From Callorhinchus milii (Eukaryota), in NCBI RefSeq assembly GCF_018977255.1, contig NW_024704749.1, positions 24,242,001 through 24,306,000 of the forward strand: a stretch of DNA of 64,000 nucleotides, given 5' to 3'. Position 1 is the first letter of the stretch. Every line of letters begins with the position of its first letter. A program made the position numbers and the translations under genes. The notes beneath the pieces were generated by a model. It did no database searches. It saw only the letters and a list, made by a program, of their open reading frames with translations, and was not told the DNA's origin. This document shows, in pieces, positions 52,936 to 64,000 of this stretch.

Positions 52936-53779
52936 GTAAGGACTTGATAATGAACCAATCTCACTGTAATCGTGCACTGGGTGCTGGATTTTTCTCATTG
53001 AATTACTTGCTGATGATCTTATAAAATGGCAGAACGGGCTGCATAGCCTACTCCTGTTTCTATTTTTCTATGATACACAAATGTTATTTTATTCTGAGCC
53101 CCTCTGTTTCCTGTCCTTTTCAAGCGGGAGCAGGTATTTGTGTGATGGATTCACTTGAATCTCAAATGACCAGTTATTACACGTTTGCCATGTACTTTCA
53201 TACTGATGAATTTAAGTTGTGCAATTCTGTATTCATGTTACAATTTTTCCCTTTGTGTGTCCAAGCTGTGCGTGTCCATGTTCTGATCCATGTTCTGCTG
53301 CACGCCTGTCCTTAAACCACATGATGGAGATATGGTGAAGTAGCACAGGAGTACAGAGTAAAAACTGACACAGAGGAGCAGCAACGAGACAAATCAAAGC
53401 TGTGATAGAGAGGGGGAAGCTACTGAGGAGACAGCAGTGAAACGCAAGACAGAGGCAAACGGTCACCAGAGGAGAGTGAAAGTGCAGAGGAGGAAGTGAG
53501 AGCAGGGGCAGAACACAACAGCAAGGAAACTAGGATCTGAATCATGGCAACGTCTATTTTTTAAAAAGTGACAGAAGTAAATGCTACAAATGTTCAAAAG
53601 AGCAGAACAAAGGCCGAGGGAGCACAGCTTGTGAGAGAATGAAACCTATGATCAAAACCAAGAACAGATAAGACACCTTCAATGGTTCTTCTTTACATCA
53701 TTGTAGGATCTCAAATTTGACTTGATTTAACATTTACATGGAAAGATCTCATTTTAAGAGTTTTTATTGAAAAAGAAGT

Positions 53780-54047
53780 TAATAATAATAATAATAATAA
53801 TCCTTGCATTTGATATAGCGCTTTTCACGTCGGGAGGACGTCCCAAAGCGCTTCACAGAGTACACTGTAAAGTGAATTGACTGTATATTTGTGGGCAAAC
53901 GCGGCAGCCAATTGCGCACAGCAATGTCCCACAAACAGTCGTAGATTGAAAATGACCAATTTATTATTGTTTTTAGTTTTGGAGGGATTATTATTAGGCT
54001 CTGTGTGGAGTAAGGAAACTTGCCCAAGGTTTCGCCCTCTGCCTGGA
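53780..54047 (-). mobile_element. Young SINE copy, truncated within the tRNA head
   Basis: Near-identical to 13139-13408. Confidence 0.9.
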
Positions 54048-54555
54048 AAGTTCAGTTATAACTGATCTTAAATGAATTTTGTGTGTGTGTGTGTGTGTAA
54101 GCAACATTAGTCTATGTTAGACTGATTGGATGTTTGTACTTTCGGGTCCAGTTTAGTGTGGTTTTAGATACGACAGGGAACGATTTATTACTTGGAACCT
54201 GGGCTGGGAAAATTAATTAATTAAAATCGAATTAAATTATTTTTGACAACAAAAACAGGAAAGACTGGATGAAATTAAGATCAGAACCCAGCAAAGACTA
54301 AGTAAGATTGTAATGAAAGCTTGAGACGAGAGGGAAGCATTTTTTTAATTTAAAAAGCAGCCCATGAAAGTTCCTTGGCTGACGGCTGGACTGGCCGAGA
54401 GCCATTGGAAAAGGAGCAAAGCTTTGTTTGATTCACACCCGCCGTCTTCACACTGCGACGGGTGTCAATTGATCTGTTCCAGACACAACAACCTGACTGG
54501 TTCCTGGCGGAGCTCCAGGGTTATACGAAGTGCCCGTGCCTCAAGAATTGCCAAC

Positions 54556-56814
54556 AAGGGCAGGAATGGGAGCTGAATATTCCTGGCTACAATGTATTCA
54601 GGAGGGATAGGGAAGGAAAAAAAGGAGGTGGGTGGGGGGGTGACAATATTGATTAAAGACACGGAAAGAGATGATGTGCTAGAGGGTCCAAAAACAGAAT
54701 CTATTTGGTTAGAGTTAAGGAGCAGAAAAGGAGCTGTTACTCTAGTAGGTGTATATTATATTTCAAAGGGACCTGGCCAAGATGGACTGGAAAGAAAGAT
54801 TGGCAGGTAGAACAGCTAACGAGCAATGGAAAACTTTCAAGGAGGAGATAGTTCGGGGACAGAATAAATACATTCCCACAAAGGGGAAATGTAGGGCATC
54901 CAAACCTCCCTGGATGACTAAGGAAATTGGGATTAAAATAAAACAGAAAGAGAAAGTTTATGATAAATGTCAGGTCCAAAATACAGAAGATAATCAAATA
55001 GAATATAGAAAGTACAGAGGAGAAGTGAAAAAGGAAATAGGAGGGGCAAAGAGATTGTATGAGAAAAGATTAGTGGGTAACATAAAAGGGAACCGTAAGG
55101 TATTTTATAAGCATATCAAGAATAAAAGGTTAGTCAAAGGTGGGGGGGGTCCAATTAGGGACCAAAGAGGAAATCGTCTTGTGGAGGCAGAGGGCACGGC
55201 TGATGTACTGAATGAGTACTTTGCATCTGTCTTCACAAAAGAAGAGGATGCAGCCAATGCCACAGTATCGGAGGAAAGAGTAGAGAAATTGGATAAGATA
55301 AAGAATAAGTTATCTTGTGCTCAAGGTAGATAAGTCACCTGGTCCAGACGGGATGCATCCCAGGTTACTGAGGGAAGTAAGGGTGGATTTAATGGAGACT
55401 CTGGCCACAATCTTTCAATCCTCCTTGGACACCAGGGTGATGCCAGAGGACTGGAGGTTTCCAAATATTACTCCCCTGCACAAAAAGGAGCAGAAGGATA
55501 AACCCGGGAATTACAGGCCAGTGAGCCTAACGTCAGTATTGGGGAAACTTTTAGAGATTATAATTCAGGACAAAATAAATTTTCACTTAGAATAATATGG
55601 GTAAATAAAGGACAGCCAACATGGGTTTGTTAAAAGGAAATTGTGTCTAACAAAGCTGATAGCGTTTTTTGATGAAGAAGAGTATAGCAAGACAACTAAC
55701 AGCAGGTTTCTCTGCCCATCAGCTATGTGGGAAAGCTCTGAAACATTGGAAGGCCCCATAAACGCATTGTTTAAACAGCAGCGTAATCCACACTTTGCCA
55801 TGTGTGCAGTTACACCACATAGGTTTGCATTCACCGTGATGGTGAACAGAATGGTTTTGTGAATCACTTTGAGACCTCATAGAGTTTTTTGATGAAGTAA
55901 CGGAGAGGGTGGATGAAGGTTGTGCAGTTGTTGTAGTTTATATGGATTTTCAAAAGGTGTTTGATGAAGTGCCACATAAGAGACTTGTAAGCAAAATAGA
56001 AGCCCACGGTATTAAAGGGACAGTGGCAGCAGATACAGAACTGACTGGGAGACAGAGAGCAGAGAGTGGTGGTGAACTGTTGTTTTTCTGAAATGCAAAG
56101 TGATGAATTTTGTGAGGAAGAATTAAGAGAGGTAATATAAGCTGATGGTACAATCTTAAAGAGAGTGAAGGAACAGAGAGACCTGGGGTTTATGTAAGTA
56201 AATCTTTGAAGGTGGCCGGACAGGTAGATAAAGCTGTTAATAAAGCATACGGGATACAAGACTTTATAAATAGGGGCATAGAATACAAAAGTCAGGAAGT
56301 TATGATGAACCTTTATATAAAACACTGGTTAGGCCTCAGCTACAGACTGTTCAGTTCTGGGCACTACACTTTAGGAAGGATGTCAAGGCATTGGAGAGGA
56401 TGCAAAGGAGATTTACCAGGATGGTACCAGAAACTATTCCCACTGGCGAGTGGGTCAGTAATCCGAGGACACTGATTTAAAATAGTTGTTCAAAGAAATA
56501 GAAGGGAGGTGAACAGAATTTTTTTTCACGCAGTGAGTTGTTGGGATCTGGAATGCATTGCCTGAAAGGCTGGTGGAAGCCGATTCAATAACAGCTTTTA
56601 AGAGAGTAGATAATTATTTGGGGAGGACAAGTTTGCAGGTCTGTGGGGAGGGAGTAGGGTTGATCAGGGCTATGGGGAGAGAGCGGGGGAGTGGGGTTGA
56701 TCAGGGCTATGGGGAGAGAGTGGGGGAGTGGGTTTGAATTGGAAGCTCTTTTCAAAGAGCCGGCACAGACATGATGGGCCAAATGGCTTCCTTCTGTGCT
56801 GTATAATTCTGTGA
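54556..56814 (+). mobile_element. CR1 LINE ORF2 to 3' end, with internal deletions and an internal insertion
   Basis: IPGYNVFRRDR, ESIWLEL, PWM, LNEYFASVFT, KSPGPDGMHPRLLRE, NYRPVSLTS, HGFVK, YMDFQKVFD; terminal ATTCTGTG. Confidence 0.93.
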
Positions 56815-57304
56815 AGTAGCAGTGATTGTGCTTCCCCGTTAGCTGTCATCTCACTGCACACAGCACACAAGTCACTCCGCTTTACACTGAATCCTGGGAA
56901 GCCCTTTGAGACGTCCTCCCAATGTGAAAGGCGCTGTGTCAGACGGGAGGATTATTGTTTTGAGAAGTCTAATATGCTTGGTCTGAGATGATGATGAAGC
57001 ATTGCGTTTGCTCTTGTGTCTTGACACGTCGTTGAGACATCACAAAGCGCTTCACAGGATTTTAGTGTTTTGCTGCTGCCAATGACTTCATTTCCCTTGG
57101 CCTCACACATTTGGCTAAAACACTGACAACACGTTACATCCCTGCATGTCCTTACCCTCAAAACTCCACCCAGGCCACACTGCTCCCTGTGTGGGGAGTG
57201 AGATGCTTATCTACCTGTCTTGTAGGATCTGTTAGTAAGGAACACTTCAACCTAAATATTGCTGTTTGATTTTGCAAATAAAAAGTCTTCTTTCTTGTGT
57301 GTAG

Positions 57305-57345
57305 GAAGTGACAAATCCTATCACCAGTGGCTGCTCACAGTGAAG
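57305..57345 (+). CDS. DENND1A: DENND1A exon: (G)SDKSYHQWLLTVK
   Basis: tgtAG acceptor, GTGAGT donor, 41 nt, phase 1/0; SDK.YHQWL is DENND1A-type rather than DENND1B-type as recalled. Confidence 0.92.
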
Positions 57346-57911
57346 GTGAGTGGACTGTGCTGATAGTAGCAAAGCCTTAATAAATGGACACCTTCTCTCC
57401 CTGAGAATGAGCTGAAGATGAGGTGGTCATCACAGCGATTGACTTAAAAAAAACAATGAACATATGGGGCCAAGGCGGGTAATTGGAGTTGAGGTACAGA
57501 TCAGCCATGTTCTAATAGAATCGCGGAACAGGCTTCAGGGGCTGAATGGCCTCCTCCAGTTCCTATGTTCCTATTTCACCCTTTCTTGTTTTCCCTCTTT
57601 GCATAAATACCCTGAGGCGCTTAAAATTTGAACAGTGGTCACTGAGATGTTGCCCAGGCCCGGATGGAAGGTGAAGGTTATTATGAATTATTAGTTGAGG
57701 GGCTGAAATCCGAGAGAAAGCATTGATTTCCTTTAGGAGTTATTGAGATACTTGTATTGATATAATCTGTCCTGTATAATATTTTATAATGTTGCCATTT
57801 GTTTAGTTTGTAAATAAAATGTGTTGTTTTCTTTGTGTTATTCTACAAGCCCCTGTAATCGCGGCCTCTGTGCTAACACATGCAGGGATTAACGCCCAGT
57901 TCTCTCAACAG

Positions 57912-57983
57912 AAAGGAAGTGGGGCTATCCTAAACACCATGAAGACCAAAGCAAACCCTGCCATGAAGACCGTCTACAAGTTT
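57912..57983 (+). CDS. DENND1A: DENND1A exon: KGSGAILNTMKTKANPAMKTVYKF
   Basis: caacAG acceptor, GTGAGT donor, 72 nt, phase 0/0. Confidence 0.95.
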
Positions 57984-58408
57984 GTGAGTCGAGATGTTTA
58001 TTAACCATCTAAAAAGCTTTATTTTTCTTCCAATGAAATATTAATTCTGGCATCTAGCACAAGTGAACCCATGAGGTTGAAGTGGAGTTTGAGGAATTGT
58101 TCAGGGTGTAGCAGTAAACAGATTCCCCTCTTGAATATTGCTGAGGGACTGAGATGTGTGGCTGCTTCTGATGGGGTGTGTAAGCAGCTAGAAAGTGTCT
58201 GAAAAGGGTATAGCAAGACAACGCGTTACTAACAGCAGGTTTCTCTGCCCATCAGCTATGTGGGAAAGCTCTGAAACATTGGAAGGCCCCATAAACGCAT
58301 TGTTTAAACAGCAGCGTAATCCACACTTTGCCATGTGTGCAGTTACACCACATAGGTTTGCATTCACCGTGATGGTGAACAGAATGGTTTTGTGAATCGC
58401 TTTGAGAC

Positions 58409-59683
58409 CTCATAGAGTTTTTTGATGAAGTAACGGAGAGGGTGGATGAAGGTTGTGCAGTTGTTGTAGTTTATATGGATTTTCAAAAGGCATTTGATGA
58501 AGTGCCACGTAAGAGACTTGTAAGCAAAATAGAAGCCCACGGTATTAAAGGGACAGTGGCAGCAGATACAGAACTGACTGGGAGACAGAAAGCAGAGAGT
58601 GATGGTGAACGGGTGTTTTTCTGACTGGAGGGAAGTTTGCAGTGGTGTCCCCCCGGGGTTGGTATTGGGGCCATTGCTGTTTTTGATCTGTATAAATGAC
58701 CTGGACTTGGGTATAGGGAGTACAATTTCCAAGTTTGCAGATGATACTAAGCTGGAAAAGTAGTGAACAGTGAGGAGGATAGTAACAGACTGTAAATGGA
58801 CATAGACAGACTGGTAACACGGGCAGACACGGGGCAGATGAAGTTTAATGTGGAGAAATGCAAAGTGATGAATTTTGGGATAAGAATGAGGAGAGGCAAT
58901 ATACGCTGATGGTACAATCTTAAAGGGGGTGAAGGGACAGAGAGACCTGGGGGTCATATAGTAAATCTTTGAAGGTGGCCGGACAGGCAGATAAAGCTGT
59001 TAAAAAATCATATGGGATACAAGGCTTTATAAATAGGGGCAAAGAATACAAAAGTCAGGAAGTTATGATAAACCTTTATATAAAACACTTGTTAGGCCTC
59101 AGCTACAGGGTGAACAGGAGAAACTATTCCCACTGGCGGGTGGGTCGGTAACCTGAGGACACCGATTTAAAATAGTTGTTAAAAGAAACAGAGGGGAGGG
59201 GAGGAGAAATGTTTCCACACAGAGAGTTGTTGGGATCTGGAATGCATTGCCTGAAAGGCTGGTGGAGAGCGCGGGGAGTGGGGTTGATCGGGGCTATGGG
59301 GAGAGAGAGGAGAAGTGGGGTTGATCAGGGCTATGGGGAGAGAGCGGGGGAGTGGGGTTGATCAGGGCTATGGGGGGAGTGGGGTTGATCAGGGCTATGG
59401 GGAGAGAGTGGGGGAGTGGGGTTGATCAGGGCTATGGGGAGAGAGCGGGGAGTGGGGTTGATCAGGGCTATGGGGAGAGAGTGGGGAAGTGGGGTTGATC
59501 AGGGCTATGGGGAGAGAGTGGGGGAGTGGGGTTGATCAGGGCTATGGGGAGAGAGCGGGGGAGTGGGGTTGATCAGGGCTATGGGGAGAGAGCGGGGGGA
59601 GTGGGGTTGATTTGGAAGCTTTTTACAAAGAGCTGCACCGACACGATGGGCCAAATGGCCTCCTTCTCTGCTGTATGATTCTA
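58409..59683 (+). mobile_element. 5'-truncated CR1 LINE with 6-bp TSD (TGAGAC) and expanded 3'UTR minisatellite
   Basis: [29 protein letters not shown]; TGAGAC at 58403-58408 and 59684-59689, splitting an old SINE/L2-type tail. Confidence 0.93.
59268..59612 (+). repeat. G-rich minisatellite, ~9-10 units of ~37 bp
   Basis: ggggttgatcagggctatggggagagag(c/t)gggggagt repeated inside the CR1 3'UTR. Confidence 0.95.
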
Positions 59684-60007
59684 TGAGACGTTGATCCTTT
59701 GTGAAAGTTTCTATATAAATGTACATTGTTGGGTTCTGGGATGACATGGGATGAAGGAATAGAAGACGACTTGTAGAACACAAAGTTTCAAAACATTAAC
59801 TTCACAATAACCTCTGGAGAAATGATGAACTGAACAACTGTGCTTCAAAGTTTACCGCTGTTTGTGCCTCAAATTTTCTCCTCTTACTTCAGGGTTGTTG
59901 CAAAGTGACAAAGATAGAACTGCTTAAAAGCCCAAACTGTTGCTAGGGGTGACGGGTGAAAATACCACAAAGAAAGTTTTAAATCGAATCTTGCTCTTCA
60001 ATTCTAG

Positions 60008-60064
60008 GCGAAAGATCACGCGAAAATGGGAATAAAGGAGGTGAAAAATCGCTTGAAGCAAAAG
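60008..60064 (+). CDS. DENND1A: DENND1A exon: AKDHAKMGIKEVKNRLKQK
   Basis: ttctAG acceptor, GTAGTT donor, 57 nt, phase 0/0; matches the recalled DENND1A peptide. Confidence 0.95.
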
Positions 60065-60864
60065 GTAGTTTTTTTTTTTGCCTTTGAAGGTTTTTGCATT
60101 AAATACTCAGCCAGTGGATGCATTATCTGATCGATATGAGACTGTTGAAATCCTATTACAGCCATACTTCAAAATGCATTAACACAGACCGTGTCCTGGG
60201 AACTATATCAGGTCCTATTAACCCCAAAACCTGCATTGTTTCCATCCATACTTCAGTCTCAAATCTGCCTGGATAAGTAAAGCACAACGTTGAGTTTAAT
60301 GGCCCTTTGAGGAGCACTCCATCGAAACATAATGTCATATTGTTAATGTAGATGTCTCACATTTGAAGACTTTTTTTTTGGTGTGGTGACCGTGGGGGAA
60401 CGAAGGATGCAGGTTTCATACTTCTTTTAAATTTTGTTTATTTTATTGCCCACAAAAGATATCCAGAGCCAAGTGGATCAACCTGGTTTGAAATCAAGGA
60501 CTTTTTAAATCAACCAATTCAGAGGCCATCTGATTTTGATTGTACAACATATATCATGAGAAGATGCTCAAAGAGATTGTGAAACCCAGAACAGGAAGTA
60601 TTTTATTATGTTGTGTGGGGTTAGCGCCAAAGGTTGTTGTGGCTTTGGACTCATTTAAGAAAAAACACTTGATGTTATGCTGGGAAGATGGTGATGATTC
60701 TAGAGGAATGAGGTCAATGGGCCAAAGAGCCATCTTCATCCTAACCTTTCTTACGATCTTGTGAGCAATCCCATTGCAAGCTGAGCATTAAAAGGTGAAG
60801 TTGTGTAACAGTTTGTCAGCTGGATGTTGTCAACATCTTAATTTCCTTGTATGATTGCGTCACA

Positions 60865-61177
60865 TCCCCTGCCCACCCTGCCCCACCATCGATGTTTGGG
60901 CCTTCAGCTTCTCTGCCCTACACTTTGGAACTCCATCCCACAGTCCCTTTGCCTCACTCCCTTCCTTGTCTCCTTCAAGGCACGTCACAAGACCCTCTTT
61001 TTTGACTGCGTCTTTGATCACCCTCCTACCACTACTTTCCCTGTCTTCCACCCTCTCTGCCCTGCATTCCTCCTGATCCCAACCCCCAGTTCGGGTCAAA
61101 ATTCCTGACTGTCCAACGCCTTGGGACATCCTCTCGATGTGAAAGGCGCTGTATAAATGTAATTTGTTGTTGTTGCT
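60865..61177 (+). mobile_element. L2 LINE 3' end
   Basis: PTLWNSIPQSL...SFKARHKTLFFD; tail cgccttgggacatcctctcgatgtgaaaggcgctgtataaatgtaatttgttgttg. Confidence 0.87.
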
Positions 61178-61545
61178 GTAGCAGTTACTGTATTTGCAGT
61201 AGTGCCGGTCTGGTTAAAGCTGGCTGGGGCACATTGAATGCTGCCTATTCATTGAGCTTCTGGGTTGCAGTGAGAAACGCTAATCATTGATTAATGAATT
61301 ATTCTTCCTGCCTCGCGCTCTATGATGTTACGCAGCAGCAGCAGCAGGAGGTGTAATAAAATAATGACTGTCTACCTTAGGTGATCACTATGTCACTGAC
61401 TTTGATTTTCTTGTACTTTTTTTGTTTTGTGTTTTCCTGAAATTGAATTGCTTAGAGAGCCTTATCCTGTAGTTTTCCCTCTGTGCCCCTAACCCTGAAT
61501 CAGGAATGTTCCCGGCCGCACAAATCATCTTTTCCTACCGTACAG

Positions 61546-61680
61546 GAGATGGCAGAGAACGGCTACACGGCAGCAACAGAGGACAGCAGCCAGCAGAGGA
61601 GCGTGGCCTCACCTCTGCCAGAGAAGCGAGAGGGGAAGGAGCGAGGGGAGCGACGGCCCATCACCGTGCACTTTGGACAG
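61546..61680 (+). CDS. DENND1A: DENND1A exon: EMAENGYTAATEDSSQQRSVASPLPEKREGKERGERRPITVHFGQ
   Basis: tacAG acceptor, GTACAC donor, 135 nt, phase 0/0; conserved AENG and RRPITVHFGQ ends. Confidence 0.92.
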
Positions 61681-61702
61681 GTACACAATCACTTTATTAG
61701 AC

Positions 61703-62042
61703 TAATAATCCTTCTATCGGACATATAACATATCAAAGCATTTCGCAGAATATACTGTAAAGTGTAGTGACCGTATATTTTGTGGGTTTAATGTGGCAGC
61801 CAATCGTGCACAGCGGTGTTCCTCAGACAGTCGTGGATTGAGTGACCAAATTATTTATTTATTTTTTGAAGGGTTTATTACCCCTGGAAAGTGATCCGCC
61901 AATTGACTAACAAGCGGGTTCCGACTTACTGCTAGGTAAAAAAAGATGTGTGGAGTAAGGAAACGTGTCTAATGTTTTGCCCTGCCCGTTTTGCCTTGCT
62001 GCTTGCAAGGCCACTGCTCTACCCTTTACCTTACAGGACTCC
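61703..62042 (-). mobile_element. Near full-length SINE, long subfamily, immediately after the last exon
   Basis: cagaatatactgtaaagtg...gtgtggagtaaggaaac...cttacaggactcc. Confidence 0.85.
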
Positions 62043-63339
62043 ACAATTTGTTTCCTTTCTTGCAAGAGTCTAGAATTCAGTGTTACGTTGGGGGTGGGGG
62101 GAGCTGACTCCCATTGATGGTATTTAATAAGCAATTTTAAAAATTGTTGCTGGGCTATTTTAACGATCCGTGCCAGATCCATAAAGCAAAACTGTATTTT
62201 ATTATTTTTTAGAGAGGAGGAGAGTGTTGAGAATAAAAAGCGAGTGTTAGTAAGATTATTCCACATAAGAGAATGTGTGTGTGATGGGGGGAGGGGAGAG
62301 ACATGTGCAGAAGGGGAACACAGACATGTGACATAAAGATTTCGAGGAGCACATGCATGAGAATCGATGAGGAACGGAGAGTCTCAGGAGAAAGAGACAA
62401 AGAGAGAGAGTGACTTTCCCCTTAAAATGTGTTAATTGTTTAATTTTGCTGACTGCCGTAAAAATAAATATATCTAATGTGAGTTGCATATAAAAGTTCA
62501 GTGTTAGTGGGGAAACTCTTTCTGAAAGCTGGTGTGAAGTTATGTTTGTTGAAATCCACAGATATTAGCGATGTTGCAACTTAATAAAACGTAAATGAAA
62601 TTGTGTAAATGGCATTAGGTTTGGAAGCAGCTGGAAAAGAAATCCCAGTCACAGAATATTATTCTAGTTTTGAATTGCATAGTTTATTAGCAGCCGAAAC
62701 CAGCCGTTATAATATTTTAAAGCTTTCCTTATGCAGATGATGAGACGAGGCTGTGTTTTTTTTCATCATTTGTCAACTGCTTAAAACATCTGCCAGCGCC
62801 ATCTCAGCATGCACAGGCACTACAGAAGTTTAAAAATGCATGTGGATTAGGGTCAGGTCCCGTGCTTCTCTGATACATTAGGTTTGGTGATACAACCGCA
62901 GAAGAAGATCTAACCAACAGCAGTGAGATGCCTTAATTGAGACATGCTGTCAAAGTGACAAACACATTTGCATAAAGTCTATTTATTTTTGCTGTAAAGG
63001 TCTGCAGTTGGTTGAACATTCTTAATCAGCTTCCTGTAACTGAGCCTTCTGAAAGCTCTCCTACATTCCATGCTCTCCTACATTACATGTCAGTTTGTCT
63101 AAAGGGTGTGTGTGTGTCTGTGTGTGAGGGGTGGGGGGTTGGTGCTGTGGGACTGAGGCTGGTGGGGCGTTGGGGGCAAAGCAACAAAAAGCTGAAATGT
63201 TCCTGCTGCTGTTTTTGCATTCTTTTAAATTCTATCACCGGGCAACTCCGATTTACAGCTCAAATGTCAGAGGACTCGTTTGTTTGGATTCAGCAACACG
63301 AAGAAAGCCTATTCTGTTTTTACTTAATTTCAGCACCCA

Positions 63340-63535
63340 AGTGCAAGCACACTGACAGACTTGCACACACTTGCACACGCGCACACATTTGCGCAGTTGC
63401 ACACATGTACACGCTTGCACACCAGTACCCACTTTTGCACACGTACACACTCGCACATTACACACTCACACATTACACACTCGTGTACTAATGTACTCGC
63501 ACACACACACTTGCACATTTACACACCCGCGCACA
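63340..63535. repeat. Degenerate (CA)-rich low-complexity tract
   Basis: cacacacttgcacacgcgcacacatt...; source of the spurious HT/CV-rich ORFs. Confidence 0.85.
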
Positions 63536-64000
63536 GCTGAAACTATGACCTTCTGTAGGCCTGCCACACTCATTATCTGAATGTCAATACCACTTTGAAA
63601 ATGAAACATCCTTTTTCAAAAAGAATATATGTCAGCTTCCAGTAAGGCCTTTCGGGGACAACTATGGGTGATTTTCCTGGCATTTAAGAAGCCACTTTAC
63701 AGATATCCCATAGACTCAAAGCTAACCATTGTGCTTGGTCCATATATAATAATAATAATATAAATGTATATTTGTTTTAAACACATATACAATTACCAGA
63801 CGCTTTGTGAAAACTACAAGTGTTGCCTGCCTGCTTCCATCAGTAATTGTGCCCAGCAATATTGCAGTCAGTGATGTCCAGTCAAGTTGAGGTTAAGGCA
63901 GACCTGTCACAGTGAGGGGATGAGATATGCCTGGGGTTCAGGAGAGACCTCACTGCTGATATGATCCTCAGATTTTATCAGATCACCCGTGTGTGGTTCT

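Noticed and set aside
53320-53545. Purine-rich stretch resembling a charged coding exon
   Set aside because: No clear acceptor/donor pair, the frame I read terminates within the stretch, and there is no match to recalled DENND1A sequence.
54749-55595. Active retrotransposon or novel RT gene
   Set aside because: CR1 ORF2 pieces are broken by frameshifts, stops, deletions and an insertion.
63012-63580. Overlapping His/Thr- and Cys/Val-rich ORFs
   Set aside because: Translation of degenerate CA/TG repeats.
62050-64000. Next DENND1A exon (VRPPRPHVV... or an alternative exon)
   Set aside because: No matching peptide with splice sites found; presumably beyond the window.

Overview
Eukaryotic, repeat-rich vertebrate genomic DNA lying wholly inside one large + strand gene. 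The CR1, L2 and tRNA-SINE content suggests a cartilaginous fish, possibly a holocephalan (inference). Eleven GT-AG exons (2912-61680) splice into a continuous 984-nt, 328-codon frame matching DENND1A (connecdenn 1, a Rab35 GEF). They cover the cDENN and dDENN regions, the FxDxF AP-2-binding motif and the start of the C-terminal region; the start and stop codons lie outside the window. The introns hold decayed CR1 LINEs (one with an esterase-type ORF1), many L2 fragments, a tRNA-Ala-headed L2-tailed SINE family, older Deu-type SINE relics and small tandem repeats. Most listed ORFs are repeat shadows or chance. I see no new protein-coding system. The best leads are non-coding: a 90-nt pre-miRNA-like hairpin (24937-25026), a spacer-less ~100-bp palindrome (49188-49289), a divergent pair of CTCF-like sites (40.8/41.3 kb), repeated templated 'patching' of LINE bodies (one event with its direction resolved by a target-site duplication), a young SINE subfamily whose tail matches the local L2 tail, and candidate conserved enhancers. 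All comparisons to known proteins and families are from memory; no searches were run.
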